DNA of 64,000 bases from Callorhinchus milii (taxonomy: Eukaryota): assembly GCF_018977255.1 (NCBI RefSeq), contig NW_024704742.1, positions 132,434,001 to 132,498,000 on the forward strand, in the 5' to 3' direction. Positions 1 to 14,335 of this stretch are shown here, in pieces (the first letter of the stretch is position 1; every line of letters starts with the position of its first letter). The notes under the pieces are model-generated. The model saw only the letters and a list, made by a program, of their open reading frames with translations. It searched no databases and had not been told where the DNA came from. Both the position numbers and the translations under genes were made by a program.

Positions 1-837
1 GTTGCAATATGAAGATTTTAAAAATGCAGTTTTCATGTACAGTCTTAAACAAAGTAGTGAAGTTAAATTGGAGCACTGCAGTGACAAAGCGCCCATCAAG
101 GTTACACAGTGTCTTGGAGTTAAGGTTAAGACCATATTGAAAATAGCTCTGTGAGGAGCTTCTGCGAGTTGGCACAGGAAATGGATTCTGCACAAAGAAC
201 ACTGAACTTGAACTTTCACCAGGGAGTCCTGACATATTAGAGAGCAACACAAGACAGTGCTGTTCTGTGGATAGGGTTCTAGGAAGATTTCTTAACTGGG
301 AGATGACATTGAGGATAGATAGGCTTGCCAGTTTCTGATTTTAATTGTTTTTTGAATGGGCTTCCAAATATCTCCAAATCAAGAAAGTTAATTCCAATTG
401 ATAGATACTAACTACAAAAAGGTCAGACTTCTCGGTTGTAAGGTTGCCCACAGACTTCACTTCCCACGCACTATGTGCAGGAAGCCCCTCCAAAATCAAA
501 GGAAGTGACATCAATGGCAACCTTACGACCTGCAAGTTCGGCCATTTTTGCACTCGAAGAGATCGCTAAAAATGAAGAAAAATCCACAAAAATAAAGTGA
601 ATGACGATATTATGACAAATTAAAAATAATAAAAATCAAAAAACAGCAACCTTAAGAACAGATAAGGTCTTGGGTTCTATAGATCTGGTGGTTATTAGCT
701 GAGGAAATTGTGATTAATAACCAAGTGAGAGTGAAATCTCACAAAATTAATATGTAAAGAAACTTTTCAAGTGCTGCTGTAGAACTATTCATAAAACTGT
801 TTGCCTAAACAACAACTTTCCTTAAATTGTACAGCTA

Positions 838-1180
838 AACAACAACTTACATTTACGTAGCACCCTTCAGGCAGGATAAAGTATTGGAGCACTTGAGTGA
901 CAGGTTTGACACCGAACAGGGGAAGAAGAAGGGGCTAAGTGACCATGGGCGTAGTCAAAGATGCACGTTTTGAAGTGGGACTTGGACGACAGAGAGAGAG
1001 AGGAAGGAAGTTCCAGAGGCTGAGGATGAAGAACCTATGGCAGTGCACAAGGGGTAGGGGATGTGCAGCAAGTTCGAGTTAGCCAAGCAGAGGAATGGGT
1101 AGGAGGAAATCAAGTTAGAGGTGATAATGTGTGAAGGGAATTGTAGGAGTGCAAGGACCTTGAAGGTCGTCCCACTGGAA
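838..1180 (-). mobile_element. Old L2-type 3' fragment
   Basis: (AAC)n tail and a degenerate match to other L2 3' ends in the window. Confidence 0.6.
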
Positions 1181-1636
1181 CGTGTTTATAGTAAAGATCA
1201 GATGACGAAACAACACTTTCTGGTGTTTGTGGACAATCAAAATGGAATAAGAGTTTTCCTCACATGTCAGCCTTATATGAAAACCTAAGAGAAGTTCAGC
1301 TAATTAAGTGACATACTGCAAGCTTCTTAAAAGAACAATGTCTATAAAAATACAGTAATAATATAGCTATTTCCTTTCCCTTTGGGATGTTGAAAATCCC
1401 ATTTGGCTTGCTAACATGAACAAACAGCATTCTAAATGGTTAAAATAATGAAAGCAATAATGTTAGGGAACTGGAGAAGCAGCAGGTTAAGTAGATCTTT
1501 CACTGGGACCCTGGTTTAAAATTAATCTCAAAGAACCGCAAATTAAAGTTTGAATTAAATCAATCCGGAATAGTCTAAACACATAAGAGAAATTATACTA
1601 AAATTAACAAGAAATGAAAAAGTAGGAATAAATTAC

Positions 1637-1717
1637 CTGTCTGTATCCAGGGCAACCAAAGGTTTTTCATCTGGGCTCTGATCTAGCGAAGAATATCCTT
1701 TGTTCGGAACAACCAGC
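1637..1717 (-). CDS. FAM219A: FAM219A coding exon 4 (81 nt): (R)LVVPNKGYSSLDQSPDEKPLVALDTD(S); later exons lie left of the window
   Basis: Acceptor ttggcag|G, donor CAG|gtaatt, phases 2 to 2. Peptide matches recalled FAM219A. Confidence 0.96.
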
Positions 1718-2258
1718 CTGCCAATAATCAATAATGACTACATTAGAGAACACATAAAATGCAAATTCATATTACCCTTTGGGAGTGCGTGTGGGTGGGG
1801 GGAGGGGAATAGAGAAAATAAGCAGGGTCTTGTTAATCTTGATCCAAAGCTAGCTGGACAACTTGTAGAAAGTTTCCTAGAAAGGGTTTGTAATAACAAT
1901 TTGTTCTTTTAGCCGGTTGAACTGCAGTACTACCCATCACACACTGAGATCCCCAACCCTTATTGCTCTCACCAACTTGAGCCTAATATTTTCCAGAATT
2001 AGGTAAGCAGGGAGCATCCCTCCAGGGAAAGAGTGGAATTTCCATTCCAGACACAGGAACATTTCCATATGTAGGTAGCATGAGTATCTGTCTTGAATAC
2101 TCTTAAGCTTGGTGATGGGTTTCTGCATGTGTTTTTAGCTGACCCAAAAAAGTGAGTTCATTTCAATGCTATATACTTTAATGTAAATTTTACAATCAGG
2201 GAAAATAAATGATTAAAAGTTGCACAAATAGCTTTCAGTTCTCTTTCTGAATATCATT

Positions 2259-2458
2259 TCATAGAATTATACAGCACAGAAGGAAGTCATTCAGCCCATC
2301 GTGTCTGTCCCAGCTCTTTGAAAAGAGCTATCCAATTCAATCCCACTCCCCTGCTCCCTCCCCATAGCCCTGCAAACTTGCCCTCCCGAAATATCTATAT
2401 ACTTCTCTTTTAAAAGTTGTTATCGAATCAGCTTCCAGTGCTTTTCAGGCATTGCATT
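2259..2458 (-). mobile_element. CR1 3' end fragment
   Basis: catagaattatacagcacagaaggaagtcattcagcccatcgtg..., homologous to 20568 and to the reverse complement of 27660-27710. Confidence 0.8.
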
Positions 2459-2835
2459 TTGCATCTTATTTTATTAACTGCTTACAAATAAAGTAGTTGT
2501 GAAAAGGCTGAGAGCTCAACCGAGATTTCGTATCATTTGAAACACATCATCTTCCGAAAGAGGTGCAGCAGTGCAAACGGATCTGAAGATATCACAGTTA
2601 GAACAAATTGGAAGGATTCTGCAATATGAATTGTCTAAAAACAGTGAAGTGAAAAAAGATTAAGCAGACCAAATACAATGATGATTCATTCTGTTATTTT
2701 GTTATCAAAAAAATGAATCGATTACCAGCTTGCCATGACAATCACTCCCTATGAGCAGCACAATATATCTTGAGCAGGTCAGCAATTTCTACTCAGAGCA
2801 GCAACGGACTAGGATTATGGAAAATAACAGGAGTA

Positions 2836-3742
2836 ACAACAACAACAAAATTACATTTGTATAGCGCCTTTCACATCGGGAGGACGTCCCAAGATGCTGG
2901 ACAACATTTCAGACTCGAGCTTAGGGGCGGCGAGTGTCGAGGGCGGGGTGGAAGCAGGGAGATCAAAAGCACGGTCAAAAAGGAGGGTCTTGAGATGGGT
3001 TTTGAAGGAGGCAAGGGAGAGGGCGAGGCGGAGGGACTGCGGGATGGAGTTCCAGAGGCTGGGGGCAGAATGGCAGAAGGCCCCCCGCCAATAGTGGGGC
3101 GAGCGAGGCAGGAGACATGAAGCAGGCCAGAGCTTAGGAGGTTGCAGAGGTAGGGGGGAGCAAGACCATGGAGGTCTTTGAAGGTGAGGACCAGGAGCTT
3201 GAACTGTATCCTCTGTGTGATGGGAAGCCAGTGGAGTCAGGCGAGGATAAGTGTGATAGGGTCATGGAGCCTGGTGCGGACGTGGACACGGGCTGCAGAG
3301 TTCTGGATGATCTGCAGCCTATGGAGGGAGGAGTTGGAGAGGCCGACAAGCAATGAGTTTGCATAGTGAAGCCTCGATGTAATCAAAGTATGTATGAGGG
3401 TTTTGACGGCCTGAAACAGTGGTCGAGCCGGGCGATGTTGTGGAGTTGGGGGAAGGCAGAGCAGGCAGGTCATGGTGCAGATGTGGGGTAGAAAGAATAG
3501 TTAAGGGTCAAAAAGATGCCAAGGTTCCGGACTGGCTTAGCAAGGAGGAGGGTGCAACCATGGATGGTGATGCTGCCAATGCCTGAGGTGAGGAGGCGCT
3601 GTTGGAAGCCAATCAGGAGAGCCTCGGTCTTGTTAGACGTTCAACTGAAGAAAATTAACTCTCATCCAGGAGTTGGATATCTGACAGACATTCTGTCAGG
3701 ATAGCAGTGGTCCTGGAGTCAAGGGGGAGGCAGAGAGTAAAG
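2836..3742 (-). mobile_element. L2-type LINE 3' fragment (family A)
   Basis: LIHTLITSRLHYANSLLVGL...LQIIQNSAAR peptide and a (TTG)n tail with the GACGTC stem-loop. Confidence 0.88.
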
Positions 3743-5189
3743 ACATTTTCTATAAATTCTACCTTGAACAGTATTACGTATGGACACATCTAGACACTTA
3801 TATTTCAACCACTATGTGCTGACTGCAGCTGCCCTGGGATTAACTGATGCTAATGTAGGTGCTGACACCAGGTAAAGACTTCAATCCTATCAATCCCTAT
3901 AATGCTCTCGTCAGAAGGTACTGGATGCATCATGGAAGCTTAGGTTGGGTAGTCTTATGACTTCTGCTGGATCAGGCTGCAGAGACATTGCCCCAGACCT
4001 TTATAAAAATATACATCATTAATCCAGCTTGTCGTCTTCTTACTTGCCCTTGTGTAGAAGGTTATGACTTGGGTTGGAATACGGTTTCACAGATACCAGC
4101 ATCCCTCTGACACATTTAAACACGCTTACAAGTAGTAATCTGTCATATAGTGTGTTTATGTATTATACAACACTGGGGAAAGAGAGAGAGAGAAAGGGCA
4201 TCATAGCTGAGCCAATACTGTCCTCCCCCCAAATGTCTGTAAATGCTCATTTACATCAGGAGCAGACACTCAGGTCATTGTTCTTTTACAGTTCAGGGAC
4301 CAATTACAGTACAAAGGAAATCTTATTGGCAATGTAATTCTAAAGAACAATTGTAATATCCCCACACTATTGTCAAAGAGGTCAGCCTACTCACCAGAGA
4401 CTGAGATGCAGGGTTTACTTGTACGTATGACACATGTGGTACTTTGGCTATTGAGCAATCATTAGAGAACTACCTGACATTTTGAGACGGTATTGCTTAT
4501 TTTGCTGGCTTTGTGGATCATTCATAGGAACGCTCATGACCTGCAGCTACAGTTGCGTGTGCTTCTTTGAAGACGTGGAGCTCAAATCATCTTAGTGAAG
4601 CATTCAGCAAAGACACTCTTATACAAAAAAATTCCTGCCAGCAAATTGAATAATGAGACTTCCCTCTGTACAGCCCAGGTCAAACTTCAATTGTGAAAAT
4701 TATTTCATTAAAGAAACAACCTACACAAATTCAGCGCTAAAAATTACTGAAAAGTTTTACAAAACGTTGAATCCGGATGTCAGAATCAATTAATTGGCTG
4801 AAAATAAAACAACCTGCTTCTAACCAGAACCGCTGAAAAATAATTGACCACAGTTACGTGCAGATCAAAACATTTGCCAAAGATCTAATATCTATGCTGA
4901 CTTTTACAGAAAGCTGTATGGAAAAGGACAGGACAAATGAAATTAGGCACACCAACATTATCCTGCAATTTGAGAAACAACATAGTCACTCCCGCTTTTA
5001 GGGAAAAATACAAGCTTGGTTCTTGATAAGGTCCTTACATACAGTTTAATGCCTCTCTCCCCCACCCCCCAGCCACCCCTCATACCCCGCCAGCTTAAGT
5101 GATTTCTCCACTCCCCTGGGTTTACTGAAATATTTGTCTGTATGTGGAGGCTGGACAATGGGCAAGAATTGAGCATCTTTGTTATAAAA

Positions 5190-5316
5190 AGGGTTTCCCC
5201 CCTGCCCTCCACCCTCCCCCACACCGATCTTGGGTCCGTAACGCTATCTGTCCAGTGCTTTGGTACGTCCTCCTGACGTGAAAGGCGCTATACAAATGTA
5301 ATTTTGTTGTTGTTGT
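5190..5316 (+). mobile_element. L2 family A 3' terminus
   Basis: ...acgtcctcctgacgtgaaaggcgctatacaaatgtaattttgttgttgttg. Confidence 0.85.
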
Positions 5317-5417
5317 TCAGAGCAGCACATCTCAAACTTCAACAATGGACATAGCAGGAATACAGAACCATTTCAACACATTTGAAGACATAACCTACAG
5401 CACTGTATGGCGTGTAC

Positions 5418-5520
5418 CTTGTTCTCGCCATCACATTGTTCTTTTTCGGCTGCTGATTGACAGGGCTTCCAACATTGCCATTCTTCAGAGACCCCTTCCT
5501 GGCCAGCTCCCGCTGTTTCT
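5418..5520 (-). CDS. FAM219A: FAM219A coding exon 3 (103 nt): (E)KQRELARKGSLKNGNVGSPVNQQPKKNNVMART(R)
   Basis: Acceptor tttgcag|AG, donor AAG|gtacac, phases 1 to 2. Peptide is near-identical to recalled vertebrate FAM219A. Confidence 0.96.
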
Positions 5521-6089
5521 CTGCAAACAAACAAGTCAAAGCATTAGTTTTCCCTGGGGTCTTAGAAAAATGGATGCACTCAGCTACATTTCCTCTCCGA
5601 TAAAGAATTTCAACAGCTGAAAGCCACTAACAGCTGAATGATTTTACAGGAACATTTTCCTCCATCACCTATACCGAACAAAATATCTAACATCGCAAGC
5701 AATGTGCAGATAGTTATTATACACGTTATTGTACTTTTATCCAGAATTTCAGTGTCCTTTTAACATGTATCCATCCACTTAGTGCTATTTTAGACGTGAA
5801 TCAGACAACTTTAGACAAGTTCTGTAAATGTTAAACTGTTAGTTATGTGATGCATTTATATAGTGCCCTTCAAGCGGGGTTATGTCCCAGAGCGCAGATG
5901 ATTTCCTCCTCCTTCCTCCTATTCCAACTAATATTCTAAATGCAGTCTTGCCTACTCACTTAGTTCTCCCTAGTGCAGTAAATTGTGAGAGTGAGACATC
6001 CTGAGCTGCATTCCTACACCTCTGAGGTACTCACTGTACTAGTTAGTGCTTTCATTCTTGAAGAGACATCTCATAGGGGACCTTGCATA

Positions 6090-6390
6090 AAATTTTAAAA
6101 TGAGATTGGGAAAATAAATCCAGAACAATACTTTGATATGTGAAGTCATCAGAACAACAGGGGATAAATTCAGGGTTGCAAAGGATAACTTTATGACAGA
6201 CTCCAGGAGACATTTCTTTACCCAGTAGATTAACAACAACTGGAATGAGTCACCAGGAAGGGTCATTGTGGCAGAGATGCTGGACTCATTTAAGGAACAA
6301 CTTGATGCTGTAATGGGAGGACGGATGGTGGGTATTATTGAAGGCTGAGGTGAAATGGGCCAGAGGGCTTTCATTCGAACCTCTTGCGAA
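6090..6390 (+). mobile_element. Old CR1 3' fragment
   Basis: Degenerate RRHFFTQ..N.WN..PG.V region. Confidence 0.6.
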
Positions 6391-9300
6391 TTCAGAAATT
6401 GTATCAAACTTTGGATATTGGACTTGTTGTCTGAAGAATTGCGCGGAAAACCCTTTGGAGGGGAAGCAAAATAGGGAAACATGCTTTTTTTGTGGAAGGC
6501 CATCCTCTTCTGCTGTCCAAAAAGATGAAAACCTAAAAGAATGCAGGTATGGGATTTATACACAACGTAGCAATCAAGCCATACCAATGCAGTATGAAAA
6601 CAATAGAAGTGATGCCGAGAGACAAAGATGACAGGTGGGGATAGGCACAAGTAGTGTAGAATGGAATAAGCAAGAGAACAGGGGGGGGTTAATTAAAAAA
6701 AGACACTAACAGGAGAAAGAGATTTAATATGAAACTAATAACAATAGAAGACAGGCCTTTTAAAGATTAAAATGTCCTTTGGAAAAATTAACTCAGCTTT
6801 ATGCTGAAAAGCTTATTTAGCGACTGTCATGAATGCCCTCACCCTCCTCGTTCCCCATCGTCTCCTCTCTCTTTTCTCCCCAAACCTGACTTTAACCTCT
6901 CAGATTTTATGCAGATTTTCATCGACGACAATCTATAAACATTCCAAAGGGTTTGGTTTGTATCAGCTCACCTGTTGATAAAGTATTGAATTGCTGCAAG
7001 TTTGCTCCTTTCACTCAAAAAAAATTGTGAAACCGACACCCCTTGCAAAACAAGGTGCTCCAAGGGGGGAGAGACATGGTTGTTTGCAAGCACTGCTGTT
7101 TCTCTCCCCTCACGAAAAAAACAAGCTCAAAGTCACTGACTGTTTGGGATGAGCAGAGTTGTGGCTGCAGCTGGACTTTGTTTTTTTGTCTGGTTATTCT
7201 CACTTGACAATCTTGATTTTAAGGCTCTTTTGTATAATATTGGGAATTTTTATTTTAATACAATTGGTTACAACAAATGATTGAATGTCCAAGAAAAACA
7301 TGATTGAAAACCAAGCGTACATTGACAAAGATTTTTTTTTAAATGTTAACTAAATTTAAAGTAAAACCAGAGATTTTTTTTGAAAATTAGTAGAATATAA
7401 ACAGCAGTCAGGTGAATTTACATATTTTTATAGCACCTGGCTGGGTGTTAGTTTATATTTAGCTTTTATTTTTATTAGTGTAAAAACATATAAACTTAAA
7501 CGTATCTAAAACTGGTTGAAAAAAAATTATTGCAAATTTACTCACAAGTGAGTAAGGTCAATTCAGACCTGATATGGTGTGATCCAACAACGCTACCTGC
7601 TGAGGTTTAAAAACATATTTTGGCTACAGAAAATATTTTGACAAATATTCCGAGAACAAAAATTTAAGCAAAAAAATGTGATAGCAATTGGCCAAAGAGC
7701 AAAGACAAATTTAAATAAGATTAAATTGAAAAAAACAAATTGATCTCTAAATTCATATGACAGGCTGATGCATTTCCAAGGTCTGCATTGGATATGTTGC
7801 AACCCTTCGAATAAATAGCTGGGGAAGCCAACAGTCACAGCATGACTTTGAGGCCAATCTGCATATTATTGATTGACTCCCTAACTATTCTTTGAAAAGA
7901 GCAATCTGAACAGTCACAATACTCCTAATTAAAAATATTTTCCTCCCACAAGAAGTTGTGACTGGATTTAGCGTAAGTTTGTAGCAATTAAAGTTTTGTA
8001 AATGCAAGTAAACAAAGTGAAGGTTGTCTTTATATGTTTATGTAATTTGTGTGTTAAAAAGAGGGCCATGGTGGGTTTGACTGATCTGGACCCGGAGTAT
8101 AAGCCAGATCCCATCCATGTTCCATGTGCACTGAATAATAGCAAGGTAAAAGATAAACAAAGTGAGCAATAATTAAAGAATATGTGGAGACCAAATAATT
8201 TGGGACATGTGATGTGAGCTCGAAACGACAGGGTAAACATTGATAGGTTTAAGAGAGAGTACACTAACCAAAAATGTCAAATACATTCACATTTTAGTAG
8301 TTTTAATTGTTATAAATGTTATAATGTCAATTATTTTAATATTATTTGATATATTCGATTTATTTTATGTATCATTTATTTTGTGTATTCCAGTATTTAA
8401 TTAAAATGATGTTTATACCAATTAAATATGGATACATATACTGGGCATTTTAGAAGATGATATTTTGAAAGAAGTGCTCCCATAAAAAAAGGAAACACAC
8501 ACCAATTGAAGTAATATTTTATTTTTTGTGTTAATACAATTTAAGTATGACCTTGTTAGTTTAATTTTATTTATATAATTATTAATAATGATTTACTATA
8601 AATGTTGGATTATGCGTCTGGTAAAAAAATTGTTGTAAAATGTTTTTTTTATGAACAATTAAGAATCCTGAAATGTTAAAATAGGGTGGAGGTCAAATGG
8701 GGTGAAAGAGATAGAGGAGAATGGTACTGATTTGACATTAATTACAGTAATAAAAGTGGGTTTACGTTTGTAACCTTAACCCACTTCAGGGCGGACTGTA
8801 GGATTCTGCAATTATTGCGTTAAATAATATCTCAAATTATATTTGCAATGTTTATGTATATTTGAAACATATGATCAATCTCATATGAGGGGAGCTGGGT
8901 GAGACTAGCTTCGAAGACGATCCTTGCTCCAGGAGGAGGAACAAAAGACTGTTTATAAACAACAAACTGTTTTCATTCCTTATCAGTCAGTTTCTCATGG
9001 AAAAATGGTCAGAAGCTGGAGAGAGAGAGAGAGCTGTGTTGCATTTGTTTTTACAATGGAACCATCTTGCAAAAGACAATAAGTGAAAGGTCCACAAAGA
9101 CTAGGCACGGCTTCTTCCACTGCCACAAGAACTTTGAAATGCTAGGAAATGAAAACAATTAACTCAGATGTCTCAGCAAAGTTATTGATTTGTTTTTAAT
9201 GCTTTGGGACTGCGACTTGCTGTATTCCTTGAAAACCTACCACATTCTTAGTTTGGTCAATAATGTAACGATAGACGATGAATTTCAGCTCAGTATGATA

Positions 9301-10110
9301 TACAAAAGCCTTGTCAGCACCTTTGAATTAAATCCAAGAAGGATGGCACTGAGGAAACAGTGTGTTAACACTGATCTTATCACCAGGATGACTGGTTTAA
9401 ACTCATTCCACAATCCAATAACTTGGGAGGCTTTAATCCCGGGATTAAACGCGGCAGCCAATTGCGCACAGCAGTGACCCACAAACAACCATGGATTGAA
9501 GTGACCAATTTATTGTTGTTTTTTTTTCTTGCAGGATTATTATTACAAGCAATGTATAGGACATTTGGTGCTAAATTATTCCATCAGTACTTATGCAGAA
9601 CTGAATCATCCGACAATAGTAATTTCCTCCAAATCAATGACGGGTAATATAGTCATGTCTGTCTGAAAGATTAACAGTAAAACGAGCAACGTTTCCAAAT
9701 CAATGACTGGGAAGAAACACGTCTCAAGAGTTGTGTAACAGGTATTGATTTCTCAAAATAATACCTTCTGTCTGACTGTGGATGCTACAATTTGTATTAA
9801 CATTTCACTTGCCTACCGTGGAGAGCTAGAAAATGGGTTGGAGCAGGAATTAATCTTGCTATTTCTGAGATTACATTTCTTCGCATGGATTGAAATCTTA
9901 AATTTGTTTAATATTGGTATGTTCCAAGAAAACAGTATGTTATCACTAAATACTTGAACATACTTTGACGCATTTATAAATGCATGTTTATGCCTGTCAG
10001 ACTACTTTTAACAAAATATCTATTAGCTCATTAGAATTATCCATCAGCCTCACACATGACTTGTACTTATTGTAACGATCGGAGGCCAGAAATTCAATAC
10101 TTACAACTTA

Positions 10111-10410
10111 AATAATCCATGCATTTGATATAGAGTCACATCTTCTAGACATCTCAAATCGCTTCACAGAATATACTGTAAAGTGAATTGACTGTATATT
10201 TTGTGGGCGAAATGGGCAGTCGAGTGCGCACATAAGTTTTCCCACAAACAATCGTGGATTGAGTGACCAAATTATTATTGTTTCTTTTCTTGAGGGATTA
10301 TTATCAGGTGTGTGGAGTAAGGAAACTTGCCCAACATTTCCCCCTGCCGGGAATCGAACCCAGGTCTCTCACTTGTGAGGCGAGTGCTCTAACCACTGAG
10401 CTATAGGACC
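10111..10410 (-). mobile_element. tRNA-derived Deu-type SINE, short form
   Basis: A box (TAGCTCAGTGG), B box (GGTTCGATTCC), shared central domain and L2-like tail. Confidence 0.88.
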
Positions 10411-10982
10411 CCTATTAAATTTAAGATTTAATTGGGTTTTCTTTGGGTAGGAGTGGGAGGGAAGAGATCAAATTTAGTGTCAATTTGGAAAAACAGCTAT
10501 CTGCAGTTCAGAAAAGGGGCAAGACCAAAAGAAATTGAGTCTTTAAGAATTCAGCAGTGGCATTATTGTTGGACATTGTTGTGGTGGGAGGAAGGAGGTG
10601 GTGTGTGCTTTGACTGGGCTCTGTCTCACTTCAGTGGTTACAAAGATGGACACCAGGCAGTGACAGCAAGAAAAAGTGTCTCACTGCTGCCGATATAAAC
10701 GAAATCCACGTGATATCTTAATTACAAGTGGGAACTGATGGCAGACTCTGCCAAATCACTCCACTAGTTATTACTTCATTCTTAGATGTCTGACCTTGCT
10801 GCCCCTCCGCTACCAAAAACAGTGCATGTGCTGTCAGCAGTATGGAACCAGAGAAACATGGGACCAGAGGCTGATATCTACACAAAGATACTAACCCATT
10901 TTCATGTGAAATTACATTTTAAAGCCACCTACTGGGGAACATTTCTAAAGCCAATTTATGTCATGCAAACCCATGATACGTA

Positions 10983-11265
10983 AAATAATAATCCTTGCAC
11001 TGGATATAGTGCATTAGAACATCGAGATGTTTCAACGCGCTTCACAGGATTTGCTGTGAATCGTAGTGACTGTGTATTTTATAGGTGAACGCAGCAGCCG
11101 ATTTGTGCACGACAATGTCCCACAAACAGCCCAAATTTTCTGTGTGTACGTGTGCGTGTAGTTGTACTATGTGTAGCTTCGTGGTTGGAGCACTCGCCTC
11201 ACAAGCAAGAGGACCTGCGTTCGAAACGTTGGGCAAGGTTCCTTACTCCACATCTCTCTGTGTAA
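10983..11265. mobile_element. SINE fragments (- strand tail, + strand head)
   Basis: Similar to other SINE copies in the window. Confidence 0.7.
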
Positions 11266-11273
11266 CAGCAGCA

Positions 11274-11796
11274 CAACAATAACTTGGATTTACATAGCAC
11301 CCTCCACGCCGGATGGCGTATCAGAGCGCTTCACAGTAACGGGTCCCGGGGCCGAGCCAGGGGGAGGGGGAGGAAGGTGACCAAAGGCGCGGTCGAAAAC
11401 AAAGGTCTACAGCCGAGACCTGAAATAGGAAGAGGGGGCAAGGCGAAGGGAGTGAGGAAGGCAGTTCCAGAGTCTCGGTGCATAGTGGCTGAAAGCACAG
11501 CCGCCGAGGGTGGAGCGGAGGACTCGGGGGACAAGGAGGAGGCTAGACCCAGTGGAGCGAAGGCAACGGGCACTGTTTTGAGCAGAGAGGTAGGGGGCGT
11601 GCAGAGGAGTGGAGGGATTTGAAGACAAGGGTGAGGATCTTGAAGTCAATCCTCTCTGGGATAGGCAGTCTGGTAAGGACTGGGGTAATCGAGGAGAGTA
11701 GTTTGGTGCAGGTAAGAATGTGGGAGGCAGAGTTTTGTATGACCTGGATTTTATGGATGGTAGTAGAGGGGAGACCAGCGAGGAGAGCATTTGAAT
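11274..11796 (-). mobile_element. L2-type LINE 3' fragment (family B)
   Basis: RSTLGGCAFSHYAPRLWNCLP peptide. The tail has an ACGCC-loop-GGCGT stem. Homologous to 37845-38335. Confidence 0.85.
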
Positions 11797-11823
11797 AGTA
11801 AGTAAGTAAGTAAGTAAGTAAGT

Positions 11824-12068
11824 ACCCGGTTGTTAGTCGATTGGCGGATCACTTATTCGGGGCTAATAAGCCCTACAAAAAAAATGTAAAAAATTAATTT
11901 GGTCACTCAATCCATGACTGTTTGTAAGACACTGCTGTACGCAATTGACTGCCATGTTTTGCCTGCAAAATATACAGTCAATTCACTGGACAGTATATTT
12001 TGTGAAGTACTTTGGGACATCTCCAAGACATAAGACGCTCTATCAAATGCAAGGATTATTATATTATA
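11824..12068 (+). mobile_element. SINE body and tail, preceded by (TAAG)n
   Basis: ttgttagtcgattggcggatcac...atcaaatgcaaggattatt. Confidence 0.8.
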
Positions 12069-14074
12069 TACAGCACAGTATATAATATACAGCATTTAAA
12101 ACCGAGATGAGGTGGCAAATTATTGTGGTAATTTTTTGCTTCAATGGTTTAAACCTCTGCATTAACACTCAGTCTACTGATATGCAGTGATAAGGTATTA
12201 GCTTTGAAGTGCTGGGCTGTTAATCAGAGAGCAGTGAGCAGGCAGGTCACACTGGAAGCTGCAGCTGTGAAATGTTGATTGGCTTATTCTAAAGCACAGG
12301 CTTGTTTTTTAAAAAAAGGAAAGACACTTCTCACTTCCACTTTCATTCATGTTTCTTACCCACGGGCAAGATTTCAATTTGAATTGAACCAGTCACCGCA
12401 TATGAAGAATAGGGCAGTATAATTTCTTGCAATAAAACCACATTTTCTCTTTCTGTGATACCTTATTCTTTGGGAGGAAAGTGGCATTTGTTGAAATTTG
12501 GTTAGGTTTGCTGCAGTGAACTTGCACTGAAAAAATACTCATATGGCATGAATTTCCTCTTAAGTATTAAGCAGAAAAAACACTGAATAATATTTCTAGG
12601 CCTTAAGTTTCGCAATTTATTATAATTTTGCTGTCTTTCTATCCAATGGTAATATAATAAATTGGAACAATTTCAGACAGGTGTAGACAGTCTACCCACC
12701 TGCTTTCCGACAATATTCCTTTGATGTACTCATCTCTAACTAATGTCCCTAAAACACTTTAGCTACCAGTAACTAATTCCTTTTTGAAACTCCTTCTCTT
12801 TCCCCTATTTATATTGTTTACCTGTTCCACGTCCACCATCTCTTTACTGAAGAAAAGGAATAAAGAAATAAAGCAACTAATTTACTCAAAAAAACATTCC
12901 ACAAACTGCCATGAACTGAATGACATGGAATCTAACATGCACCTGAACAGGCAGACTGGACTTCAGTTTAACAATATGTTGCTATATAAAAATTAAAGTC
13001 CTTTCTTCTTTGACCCAATTTTAAAGAGATTACAAGAGATTTGTATGAAGAAGACCTTTTGGCCCATTTGATGTCTTTATAGGATATCATCTTCACCATC
13101 TTCCAATTATAGCATCATGCCCCTTCTTGTCTCGACTTCAAACACCATTCCACGTAACCTGTTCTATCAGTTCATTTCCCACTTTTCCATTTAATTTACT
13201 TCTCAATATCAATTGTCAAAATTGCTCTTCACATCCCTGAAGCGAGTTGATGTTGATGTCACCTGAAACAAACCTTTAGAATACGTGATGGTTGCAGGAT
13301 TCACCCAGTCGGGTAGGATGAAAATGGCCTGAGTTTTGTTGCTTGTACTCTATCTACCCTTTACACCTGGCTGCTCCTGAAACTCAGGTGAAAAACAGTT
13401 ACAGTCAATTTCAACTATAAGAGAACTATATATATATAATATATATATTTATAGAGACCAGTGGCACTAGTTTCAAACAAACCTACAGCTGATCAGTGAG
13501 GAGTATCTTTCTGTGAAGCTAGATCAATGAATTGCGCAGAATTGTCCCGTAAGCGGATCATTAAACAAATTATTCAGAGTTGAGGTTCTGCATTGAATTC
13601 TCTAATCAGCAAGACACTGAGCAAGTGGACTAATGAAGTTCCATGTTAAATTGTTGACAGCATTGTATCAGAGAACTCAAGTGGTTATTTAGTGTGAATG
13701 TCACCATCAGAGCCACATGAACAATAGCCATTTTTTTTGTAAAATCTACCACTACTGTATAAAAAATCCAAAAAGGAATAAAACTGTCCCTCAACTTCAG
13801 TGCTTTTTAATGTAACTTCTTAGTTAGTCAGTTGCTATGACTAAGTTCTTACTTATAAAATCTAACCCCCTTGGTGGGACTACTATTTCTTAATTTCACA
13901 TTACAAACCAAATACAAGCAGTGCTGTACTAAATTTGTAAAACATTGTCCATGCCAATTCTGCAACACAATCCGTCTGTCATTAACTCAATATAGAAACA
14001 ATCACTATGACATTTTAAAAAACGTTCTGCACACAAAAACGTTACAAAATGAACTGCAGATTTTTCAAAAACAA

Positions 14075-14335
14075 ATTAAAATTTTTACAGTATAGCGCCT
14101 TTCATGTTGAGAGGCGCTCCCAAGGTGTGGCACAATTGAGGGTTTGCACCTGAGTTAGGGATTGGATTCAAGAGGGGCGGGAGCAGGAAGATGACCAAAG
14201 GTACGGTCAAAGAAGATCTTTAGACAGACCTTGAAAGAGGTGAGGGAAGGGACAGGGTGCAGGGACTCTGACGGGAGTTCCAGAGAAAGGGGCAGAAAGG
14301 CACAGCCGCTGATGGTGTGACAGGCAGGGTGGGAT
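14075..14335 (-). mobile_element. L2 family A 3' fragment
   Basis: SLTSFKVCLKIFFDRTF peptide plus 3' tail. Confidence 0.75.

Noticed and set aside
341..553. 70-aa ORF as a further FAM219A exon
   Set aside because: It does not resemble the expected next exon (DDDFDMSRYSSSGYSSAE in recalled orthologues), which I could not find in 1-1636 and which probably lies outside the window.
6039..6650. 203-aa minus-strand ORF
   Set aside because: Antisense to a decayed CR1 fragment, with no recognisable domain or splice-supported link to FAM219A.
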